A stretch of 64,000 nt of DNA, taken from the NCBI GenBank assembly GCA_964588985.1, contig CAZPQW010000001.1, forward strand, positions 290,688 to 354,687, given 5' to 3'. The stretch is from an uncultured Solirubrobacteraceae bacterium (GTDB lineage Bacteria > Actinomycetota > Thermoleophilia > Solirubrobacterales > Solirubrobacteraceae). This document shows positions 50,382-58,314 of this stretch, one piece after another (within the stretch, counting starts at the first letter, position 1; each line of letters starts with the position of its first letter). A model generated the notes under the pieces. It ran no database searches, had not been told where the DNA came from, and was given only the letters and a program-made list of their open reading frames with translations. Both the position numbers and the translations under genes were made by a program.

Positions 50382-50417
50382 TCAGGCCGTCTCGATCAGC
50401 TCGATTCGATGCCCCTC
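50382..50417 (-). repeat. Degenerate copy of the glyoxalase 3' end (EGHRIELIETA*)
   Basis: 24/29 nt identical to the glyoxalase codons for DGYRIELIET (manual count), in frame to TGA. Confidence 0.75.
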
Positions 50418-50482
50418 GCGGTACCGAACCGATAGGGCAGCGGCTCCAGCTGGATTTGGACGGAAGTTGGTACGTTTGCGCG

Positions 50483-50695
50483 ATGCACGTGGGCATCAAA
50501 CCTCTTGACTCCCGTGGCGAGTACCTTGTCGACCTGCTGGAGGATGGATACGCAGCCCAGTTCGCCGGCCGAACTCCTGACGGGGTGTGGCTGTTCCTCG
50601 GGGACTTTCCTCAGGCGCTCGAGCTGTACCAGAGTCGCCTCGCCGTCGTGGAGCCCGAGTGGGCCGAGCACGTTGAAGCGCGACTTTATGACTGA
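50483..50695 (+). CDS. Small hypothetical protein, 70 aa
   Basis: MHVGIKPLDSRGEYLVDLLEDG...EPEWAEHVEARLYD, lying between the glyoxalase end and the nearer repeat copy. Confidence 0.55.
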   Translation: MHVGIKPLDSRGEYLVDLLEDGYAAQFAGRTPDGVWLFLGDFPQALELYQSRLAVVEPEWAEHVEARLYD

Positions 50696-50764
50696 GGAGC
50701 GCAAGAGCGTCCGCCGAGCGGGCGTCCGGATCTCGCTCTCGATCTAAGCTTGAGTCTCCAGCCG

Positions 50765-51154
50765 CTAATCGGACGAGGGATTTGTCTCAATTAGCTCGAT
50801 CCGATACCCGTCCGGGTCTTTGACGAAGCAGAGCCGCGAGCCGCCCTCGCGGATCGAGTACGGCGGCTTCTCCGGCTCGATCCCCTGCTCGGCGAGCTTG
50901 GCGAGGGTCGCATCCAAATCCTCTGCAGTGATCGCGATGTGGCCGTAGCCGCTGCCGATCTCGTATGAGTCCACCCCGAAGTTGAAGGTCAGCTCCAGGC
51001 GCGGCATGTTGCCGTCGCCGGGCTGGTTCATGAACACGTTCACCGCCTCATCGCGGATCGGTATGCGTCCGACCTCCTCGAAGCCGAGGGCTTTGTAGAA
51101 GGCCACCGAACGGTCGATGTCGGTAATGCGATAGCAGGTGTGGATCAGAGCCAT
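50765..51154 (-). CDS. gloA: VOC family protein, lactoylglutathione lyase (glyoxalase I)-like
   Basis: LIHTCYRITDIDRSVAFY, LELTFN, YEIGSGYGHIAI, FVKDPDGYRIELIE. Confidence 0.9.
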   Translation of the reverse strand: MALIHTCYRITDIDRSVAFYKALGFEEVGRIPIRDEAVNVFMNQPGDGNMPRLELTFNFGVDSYEIGSGYGHIAITAEDLDATLAKLAEQGIEPEKPPYSIREGGSRLCFVKDPDGYRIELIETNPSSD

Positions 51155-51252
51155 CCGCGAAGTGTAGGGCGGGGGCGCGTCGCCTGTGGCCGCTGCGTTT
51201 CGTCTCAAGCGATTCGTAGCGTGAGCTTCCGCGTGTTCGAACGGAGGTTGCA

Positions 51253-51810
51253 GTGCGTGCCGAGCTCTTCATATCGCACAAGCTGGGAGACATCGTTGGC
51301 GTGCTCGAAGCCGCCTATGGCGAGAACGACCCCACGGCTCGGGATGAGAGCAAGCTGGCGCGGGAAGGGGTGGGAAGCGTGGCAGGGATGAGATACGCCG
51401 GGCGAGCGCCTGGATTGATCGTGATGGCTTGGACTAGGCCGGGTCGCGTCGAGATCTATGTCGAGTCCTCAACGGGTCGCCTACGAGTTGCAGGCCAGAA
51501 GGTGTGGGAAGTAGTCCGCGAGACCGGAACGGAGCTGAGCCCCACGCTTCAATCCTTGATCCTGTTCGACCCGGACGAAAACGACGTGGTTGCCGAAGCG
51601 GCCATCGGCGTAAGGCAGCGGATCGTGGGTGACCAGCTCTTCGTCCCGATCATCACTGGGATCGTGACAGTGATCGTCCTGGTGGTTGCGCTTGCCCGAG
51701 GGGCTTCGCAGGAATTCCTCTACGGGTCGATCACAGCGCTCGCAGTTGCCATACTGTCGTTGGGCCGTTTGGCGATGATTTTGCGGAGTAAGGAGTTGAA
51801 GTGGCGGTGA
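51253..51810 (+). CDS. Hypothetical protein with two C-terminal TM helices
   Basis: GGAGG RBS. TM segments LFVPIITGIVTVIVLVVALA and FLYGSITALAVAILSLG. Atypical codon usage. Confidence 0.75.
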   Translation: MRAELFISHKLGDIVGVLEAAYGENDPTARDESKLAREGVGSVAGMRYAGRAPGLIVMAWTRPGRVEIYVESSTGRLRVAGQKVWEVVRETGTELSPTLQSLILFDPDENDVVAEAAIGVRQRIVGDQLFVPIITGIVTVIVLVVALARGASQEFLYGSITALAVAILSLGRLAMILRSKELKWR

Positions 51811-52226
51811 TCGAGAGACTCAGAAAGCTCGTCGGGCTCGAGACGCACGATCGGGTCGTCGATGTCATGGCCGATGTCTTGCGAGGCAAGCACTGGACGG
51901 TCGACCGCGACGCACACTTCGGGGCCGCACGCCCTGACATCGTCGCCCATGATCCCAGTGGCGCAACCTACGTGATCGAGGTCAAGGCCGGGACAAAGCG
52001 GGGGTATCTGGGCGTGGTAGCTCAGGTCGAGCACTACAAGAGCTTGATGGCCGATGCGCTCGGACGGGAGCCAACCGCGATCCTCTTGCTCACCGACGAT
52101 GCTCCGATGGAGCTCGATGAGATCGCGCAAAGCGCCGGTGTCGAACTGATACGCGCGAGTTCCGGGAGCCCCGCTGCTGTACGTGCGTCCCTTGCGACGC
52201 TCCCAGTCGGCACCGTTGCTGCCTGA
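51807..52226 (+). CDS. Stand-alone PD-(D/E)xK restriction-endonuclease-like (Mrr_cat/NucS-C-like) protein
   Basis: RPDIVAHD...YVIEVK...VAQVEHY motif. GTGA overlap with the upstream gene. Confidence 0.75.
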   Translation: MIERLRKLVGLETHDRVVDVMADVLRGKHWTVDRDAHFGAARPDIVAHDPSGATYVIEVKAGTKRGYLGVVAQVEHYKSLMADALGREPTAILLLTDDAPMELDEIAQSAGVELIRASSGSPAAVRASLATLPVGTVAA

Positions 52227-52273
52227 CAGGCTCAAGCGGCTGAGCGCCGCGTGCGCCATCTAGACTCCCCGCC

Positions 52274-53641
52274 GTGAGAACCCTGATAGTCGGCCACGGC
52301 GGACGCGAGAGCGCGCTCGCGATGCGGATGTCCGAAGACAGCGAGCTGCACGCGTTCGTGGGCCACGAGAACCCATCGATCGTCGGCTATGCGGCCGCGT
52401 CCGGCGGCAGCCACCAGGTCGGCGACGTCTGTGATCCAGCTGCGGTGGCGGCGTTCGCCCGCGCCCGCGACATCGACATCGCGATGGTCAGCGCCGACGA
52501 ACCGCTGCAGGCGGGCGTGGTCGACGCGCTGCTCGCGCAGGGCACCCATACGGTCGGTCCCACGCGAGCGGGCGCGGAGATCGAGTGGAACAAGGCTTTC
52601 GCCCGCGAGCTGCTCGCGGAAGTTGCGCCCGACGCCGTGCCGATGCTGCGGATGGTGCGAAGCGCAGGAGACTTGGACGACGCAATGGCGGCGTTCGGAT
52701 CGCGCCCGGTCGTGGTCAAGCCCTCTGGCCTCACGGGCGGCAAGGGTGTCAAGGTGATGGGACCGCACCTGGCCAGCCACGAGGACGCGAAGGCCTACGC
52801 GCTGGAACTGCTCGGCCGCGACGGCGCGGGGGACTCGGTGCTGATCGAGGAGAAGATCGTCGGCGCTGAGTTCACGATCCAGGCGATCAGCGACGGCCAC
52901 ACGGTCGTTCTTCCGCCATCCACGTACGACTTCCCGTATCGCTTCGAGGGCGACGAGGGCCCGGGCACCGGCGGGATGGGCTCGTTGACGGTGGGCTGCG
53001 ACGTGCTGCCGTTCATGACCGACGCCCACTACGTGGAAGCCTGCTCGATCATCCGCGCCGTCATCGAGCGTCTCACCGCGCAGGGGCGCCACTTCACAGG
53101 CGTCATGAACAGCGGCTTCTTCGCCACCGCCGACGGCGTGAAGGTGATCGAGTTCAACGCGCGCTTCGGCGACCCGGAGTGCATGAACATCATGAGCCTG
53201 CTCGACGGCAGCTGGCCGGAGGCGATGAAGTGCATAGCGCATGGCAGGCTCGCGCTCGCCAACGTGGTTGTGCGCGAGGAAGCCTCGCTCGTGCTCTACC
53301 TCGTATCGCCCGACTACGCCCTGCGCCCCGGCCCCGCGTACGACTTCACACTCGACCGAGCACGGATCGAAGGCGAAGGCTGCAACGTGTTCTTCTCCTC
53401 CGCCATCCAGACCGGCGAGAACGCCTACCGCACCGTCGGCACCTCGCGCGCGGTGGCGCTGACCGCCACCGCCCCCACGCTCGAGCAGGCGCGGCAGCGG
53501 GTGGTGCAGAGCGCCGCGACGGTACCCGTGCTGGAGTGGCGGCGGGACGTGGGGGAGATGAGCTACCTGGAGGGGCTGAAACAGCTCGTCGACGCCGGGA
53601 GCGCGCCTGACGCCCAGCCGCTTCTGCCCAACGCCGGCTGA
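52274..53641 (+). CDS. purD: Phosphoribosylamine-glycine ligase-like ATP-grasp protein (divergent PurD)
   Basis: LIVGHGGRESALA, VVKPSGLTGGKGV, IEEKIVG, GPGTGGMGS, IEFNARFGDPE. Confidence 0.75.
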   Translation: MRTLIVGHGGRESALAMRMSEDSELHAFVGHENPSIVGYAAASGGSHQVGDVCDPAAVAAFARARDIDIAMVSADEPLQAGVVDALLAQGTHTVGPTRAGAEIEWNKAFARELLAEVAPDAVPMLRMVRSAGDLDDAMAAFGSRPVVVKPSGLTGGKGVKVMGPHLASHEDAKAYALELLGRDGAGDSVLIEEKIVGAEFTIQAISDGHTVVLPPSTYDFPYRFEGDEGPGTGGMGSLTVGCDVLPFMTDAHYVEACSIIRAVIERLTAQGRHFTGVMNSGFFATADGVKVIEFNARFGDPECMNIMSLLDGSWPEAMKCIAHGRLALANVVVREEASLVLYLVSPDYALRPGPAYDFTLDRARIEGEGCNVFFSSAIQTGENAYRTVGTSRAVALTATAPTLEQARQRVVQSAATVPVLEWRRDVGEMSYLEGLKQLVDAGSAPDAQPLLPNAG

Positions 53642-53664
53642 CGGTTTCATGCAAGGATGGCGCC

Positions 53665-54537
53665 ATGCTCGTCGAGCACGCCACCCACCCGCAGTTCGTG
53701 TCCAACACCTACCTAGTCGCCGACGGCGAGGGCGGGCCGGCGTTCTTCATCGACGCCGGAGGGCCGGTCGAGCCGCTGATCAAGACCGCTGAGCGCCTCG
53801 AGATCACACCAACCCACATCCTGCTCACGCACCACCACTTCGACCACGTCAGCGAGGTTGAGAAGCTGCGCAAGCGCTGGCCGAAGATCGAGGTGCTGAT
53901 CAGCTCCCGCGAGGGTGAGCTGCTCGCCGGAACGGTCGAGGAGGGCAAGAAGAAAGACACCGCGGCGAAGATGGGCACGATCGAGGCCGGCCAGTCGCTG
54001 CGCTTCGGCAAGCTCGAAGTGCGCGCGCTGCACACTCCCGGACACACCGGCGGGATGCTGTCGTTCCTCGTGGGCGAGCGCAAGGAGCCGCCCACGACCT
54101 CGGTCGCCAGCGGCGGCACCGGTCGCCCGCGCACGAGCACCGCTCCCGGCGGCTTCACCGGCGCCGGCGCGGCCGTCTTCACGGGCGACACGCTGTTCAA
54201 GGACTCCGTCGGCGGCGTCAAAGCGCCCGGTCACACCACCTACACCGACCTGCGCGACTCGATCATGGGCACGCTCATGGAGCTGCCTCCCGACACGGTC
54301 ATCTACCCCGGCCACGCCGCCGAGACCACCGTCGCGCGCGAGTGGGACCACAACGCGTTCATCCGCGTCTGGCGCGGCCTCGATCCGGAGGGGTCGGAGC
54401 CATGCACCGCGCTCGGCGAGCCCGCCACGCTGGTGCTGCTCGGCGCGGACTACGACGGCGGCACCAAGGCCTGGATCCGCTGGCCGGACGGCTCCGACGA
54501 CATCGTGCCCGGCTCGCGCGTCGAGCGCTCCACGTGA
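53665..54537 (+). CDS. Metallo-beta-lactamase-fold hydrolase (glyoxalase II-like) with a C-terminal extension
   Basis: SNTYLV, THHHFDH, TPGHT, FTGDTLF, IYPGH. Confidence 0.88.
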   Translation: MLVEHATHPQFVSNTYLVADGEGGPAFFIDAGGPVEPLIKTAERLEITPTHILLTHHHFDHVSEVEKLRKRWPKIEVLISSREGELLAGTVEEGKKKDTAAKMGTIEAGQSLRFGKLEVRALHTPGHTGGMLSFLVGERKEPPTTSVASGGTGRPRTSTAPGGFTGAGAAVFTGDTLFKDSVGGVKAPGHTTYTDLRDSIMGTLMELPPDTVIYPGHAAETTVAREWDHNAFIRVWRGLDPEGSEPCTALGEPATLVLLGADYDGGTKAWIRWPDGSDDIVPGSRVERST

Positions 54538-54570
54538 GGGTGGCCGCACGCAGTTCGTAGCATTCAACGC

Positions 54571-55974
54571 ATGGCGCGTGAGAACGAGAAGATTCCGACC
54601 TCACGTGTGAGGCGCACAGCCACCGTCGCCACGCTCGCCGCCAGCGAGGCCGTCAAGCAGTTCGGCACCCGCGCCGCGAACGTCACGCGCGGCGAGGAGG
54701 CCTCCGAAGAGGCGATGGCCCGCCGCCAGCTCGAGACCGCCAAGCAGATCGTCGCGGTGCTCGGCACGATGAAGGGCGCCGCCATGAAGCTCGGGCAGGT
54801 GATGTCGTTCCTCGATGTCGGGCTCGTCGCCGAGGAGCACCGCGACGAGTTCCAGCGCGAGCTCGCCAAGCTGCGCGACGCCGCCCCAACCGTGTCGTTC
54901 AGGCAGATGAAGCGCGTCATCGAGGAGGACCTCGAAGAGCCGATCTCCGAGGTGTTCGCGTCCTTCGACGAGGAGCCGATCGCCGCCGCGTCGATCGGGC
55001 AGGTCTACCGCGCGAAGCTCAAGGACGGTCGCGACGTCGCCGTCAAGGTCCAGTACCCGGGCGTCGCCACCGCCGTGCGCGCGGACATGCAGAACCTGGA
55101 CATGATCATGCGCCTGCTCAAGCGGATGACGCCGGGGATGGACGTCAAGGCGATCACCGAAGAGATCAAGGAGCGGATCGTCGAGGAGCTCGACTACGAG
55201 CTCGAGGCCCAGAACCAGCGCTCGCTCGCACGGATCTTCGCCGGCCACCCGTTCATCGTCGTCCCCGAAGTCGTCGGATCGCTCTCACGCGAGCACGTGA
55301 TGGTCAGCGAGTTCGTCAGCGGCGTCGGCTTCGAGGAGCTCAAGACCCGTCCCCAGGCCGAACGCGACCGCATCGGCGAGATCGTCTTCCGCTTCTTCCT
55401 CGGCTGCCTCTACCGCCATCGCCAGTTCTCCGGCGACCCGCACCCGGGCAACTTCCTACTGCTCGACGACGGTCGCGTCGCGTTCCTCGACTTCGGGCTG
55501 TTCAAGCGCATGGACGCCGAGCCGGTCGAGCTCGAGCTCGCCTGCCAGCGCGCCGTTGCCGAGGGCGACGCCGCCAAGCTGCACGAGCTGCTCGCGCAGT
55601 CCGGCTTCCTGCCCGACCCCGAGAGGGTCGACCCCGACAACCTGCTCGCGTTCATCCGCGACGCCATCTGGTGGTACACCACCGCCGATGAGGTCGTCGA
55701 GCTCAAACCCGAGATCGCCACGCAGGTGATGATCGAAAGCTCAGACCCCCGCTCCACCCACTTCCGCGAGATGCGCCACCAGGACATGCGCCCCGAGCAC
55801 CTGTTCGGCCGGCGCATGGAGATGCTCACGCTCGCCGTGCTCTCACAGCTGCACGCGCGCAACAACTGGCACCGAATCGCACGCGAGTGGATGTATGGCG
55901 ACGCGCCCGTCACCGACCTCGGCCGGGAGGAGGCCGAGTTCTACGGGCGCAGCGGCGTCAGGGCCGCCAGCTGA
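54571..55974 (+). CDS. ABC1/UbiB/AarF-family atypical kinase
   Basis: MKGAAMKLGQ, AAASIGQVY, VAVKVQYPG, GDPHPGN, LDFG. Confidence 0.93.
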   Translation: MARENEKIPTSRVRRTATVATLAASEAVKQFGTRAANVTRGEEASEEAMARRQLETAKQIVAVLGTMKGAAMKLGQVMSFLDVGLVAEEHRDEFQRELAKLRDAAPTVSFRQMKRVIEEDLEEPISEVFASFDEEPIAAASIGQVYRAKLKDGRDVAVKVQYPGVATAVRADMQNLDMIMRLLKRMTPGMDVKAITEEIKERIVEELDYELEAQNQRSLARIFAGHPFIVVPEVVGSLSREHVMVSEFVSGVGFEELKTRPQAERDRIGEIVFRFFLGCLYRHRQFSGDPHPGNFLLLDDGRVAFLDFGLFKRMDAEPVELELACQRAVAEGDAAKLHELLAQSGFLPDPERVDPDNLLAFIRDAIWWYTTADEVVELKPEIATQVMIESSDPRSTHFREMRHQDMRPEHLFGRRMEMLTLAVLSQLHARNNWHRIAREWMYGDAPVTDLGREEAEFYGRSGVRAAS

Positions 55975-56064
55975 CTCCGTCGCACGCTTTCACACGCACG
56001 CCACGCTAGACGTTAGTTTGTCTCTTGTCTCGGCATATCAAGCCAAGCAAGGGGGAGTGTGGGG

Positions 56065-56841
56065 ATGACCCGTATGAGGACGGCGACGATCTGTCTCGTG
56101 GCGGCGTTTGCCACGTGGGCGGGCACGGCGAGCGTTGCGATGGCAGTGCTTCCCGAAGTGGGGCGATGCGTGAAGGTGGCAAAGACGACGGGCGAATTCA
56201 AAACCGCCGGCTGTACAGGTGGGGTGGCGGCGGGGGGATCCTACGACTGGCTCGCGGGGGCGGGCGAACACAGCGGATTCATCGTCAAGGCGGGCAGGAC
56301 GAAGGTCGAAGCGGGGCCGCTGGGGTCGATCGAATGCGCGAAGGGCCAGGGCACGGGGACCATCACCAGCCCGAGCACCGACGTCATTTCGGTGACGTTC
56401 TCCAAGTGCGCGAGCGGCGGCAAACGCTGCACAAGCGAAGGCTCGCCGACGGGGGCGATGCAGGTCAGCAATTGGAAGAGCATCTGGGTGGATCGCAATC
56501 AGGAAAAAACGGGATTGCCTCCGATCCAGGTGCTCGTGCCCGGCGAGTCCTCGGTGGTCACGTCGGGCAGCTGCGAAGGCACCGCCTTTCGCATCACCGG
56601 CGCGGTCGTCGGGTCGGCGGGCGGCAACGTGAACAAGATGGCGAGGACGAACACACTTGCCTACGTAGTCAGCGAAGGGGTTCAGGGCCCGTCGACATAC
56701 CTATCGCGAGAAGGCGAAGTGCTCGCCGCCACGCTCGAGACGGAAGTGACCATCGCACCAGAAGTGCTCTTCGCCACCACGCTCACGTCTGTGTGCACCA
56801 ACAAGTACGAAGAAAAGCTGGAGGTCAAATCAGAAGCGTAG
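56065..56841 (+). CDS. Secreted Cys-rich hypothetical protein
   Basis: GGGGAG RBS, signal peptide, PEVGRCVK, about 7 Cys, ends EEKLEVK. Confidence 0.75.
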   Translation: MTRMRTATICLVAAFATWAGTASVAMAVLPEVGRCVKVAKTTGEFKTAGCTGGVAAGGSYDWLAGAGEHSGFIVKAGRTKVEAGPLGSIECAKGQGTGTITSPSTDVISVTFSKCASGGKRCTSEGSPTGAMQVSNWKSIWVDRNQEKTGLPPIQVLVPGESSVVTSGSCEGTAFRITGAVVGSAGGNVNKMARTNTLAYVVSEGVQGPSTYLSREGEVLAATLETEVTIAPEVLFATTLTSVCTNKYEEKLEVKSEA

Positions 56842-56851
56842 GCACCCCGAG

Positions 56852-58261
56852 CTAGAGAACCTGGATCTGGAACAGGCTCGTCGTGCCCGGTCGCCCGGAC
56901 GGCAGTCCCGCGGTGATGCCGACGCGCTGCCCGCGTCGGCACCAGCCGAGCTCCACCACGCGGCGCGCGGCGTCCGCGATCAGCGCCTCGGTCGTCTCGT
57001 GGCGCGGCATCGACGCCGCCTGCACGCCCCACATCAGGCCGCAGCGCCGCACCGTCTCTTTGCCCGGCGACAACGCGTAGATCGGCACCGTCGGCCGGTG
57101 CGCGGAGACCAGACGCGCCGAGCGCCCCGACAGCGTCGGGATAACCAACGCGTCCAGGCGCAGCTCGCGCGCCGCGTCGCACAGGTTGTGCGCGATCGTG
57201 TGCGCGGGGTCTGATTCGGTGCGCCGCACGCGCGACTCGTTCCAGCGCTCATACGGCGCGATCGACTCCGCCTGCACCGCCACCGCGGCCATCATTTCCA
57301 CCGCCGCCACCGGATACGCGCCCACCGCGGTCTCCTGGGAGAGCATCACCGCGTCGGTGCCGTCCAGGATCGCGTTCGCCACGTCCGCCACCTCCGCGCG
57401 CGTCGGGCGGGATGAGCTCACCATCGAGTCGAGCATCTGCGTCGCCGTGATCGACGGGCGCGCCATCAGTCCGGCGAGCTCGAGCAGCTGCTTCTGAACG
57501 AGCGGCACCTTCTCGATCGCCAGCTCGATCCCCAGGTCGCCGCGAGCGACCATCACGCAGTCGGACGCTTTGACGATCTCCGCCGCGCGTTCCACCGCCT
57601 GCGGCTTCTCCATCTTCGCGATCAGCGGCAGGCGCGTGTGATCGCGCACCGATTCCACGTCCTCGGGCTTCTGCACGAACGACAGCGCCACCATGTCCAC
57701 GCCGATCGACTCGCCGTGGCGCAGCAGCTGCAGGTCCTCCTCCGGCACAGCCGGAAGCGACGCCACCGGGCCCGGGATGTTCAACCCCTGGCGCGAGGCC
57801 ACCGCGCCGCCGATCTCGATCTCCATGTCCACCTCGCACTCCGCCGCGCGCACGCCCACCACGCGCAGGCGCACCGAGCCGTCGGCGAGGTACAGGATCG
57901 AGCCCTCCTCCACCGCCTCGGGCAGGCCGGCCCAGGTGATGCTCATGTGCTGCGCGTCGCCTTCGAGGTCGTCGCTGCCGCAGGAGAACGTCAGCTTCTC
58001 GCCCGGGGTCAGCTCCACCACGCCCTCGCGCAGCGGGCCGATCCGCAGCTTCGGGCCCGGGAGGTCCTGCAGGATCGCCACCGGCCGGCCCACCCGCCCG
58101 GCCGCGTCGCGCACGCGGCGCACCGTCTCCGCGTGCTCCTCGAGCGTGCCGTGGGAGTAGTTCAGTCGTGCCACGTCCATCCCCGCCTCGATCAGGCGCA
58201 CGAGCGTCTCCGGCTCGCGCGAGGCGGGGCCGATGGTGGCGACGATCTTGGTGCGGCGCAT
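56852..58261 (-). CDS. pyk: Pyruvate kinase
   Basis: RRTKIVATIGPAS, ARLNYSHG, DLPGPKLR, MVARGDLGIE, TQMLDSM, RPTRAE. Confidence 0.97.
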   Translation of the reverse strand: MRRTKIVATIGPASREPETLVRLIEAGMDVARLNYSHGTLEEHAETVRRVRDAAGRVGRPVAILQDLPGPKLRIGPLREGVVELTPGEKLTFSCGSDDLEGDAQHMSITWAGLPEAVEEGSILYLADGSVRLRVVGVRAAECEVDMEIEIGGAVASRQGLNIPGPVASLPAVPEEDLQLLRHGESIGVDMVALSFVQKPEDVESVRDHTRLPLIAKMEKPQAVERAAEIVKASDCVMVARGDLGIELAIEKVPLVQKQLLELAGLMARPSITATQMLDSMVSSSRPTRAEVADVANAILDGTDAVMLSQETAVGAYPVAAVEMMAAVAVQAESIAPYERWNESRVRRTESDPAHTIAHNLCDAARELRLDALVIPTLSGRSARLVSAHRPTVPIYALSPGKETVRRCGLMWGVQAASMPRHETTEALIADAARRVVELGWCRRGQRVGITAGLPSGRPGTTSLFQIQVL

Positions 58262-58314
58262 AACAGCGCACGGTAGCGATAGGCGGGCGTGATCGCCGCG
58301 CGGCGTGGATATCG

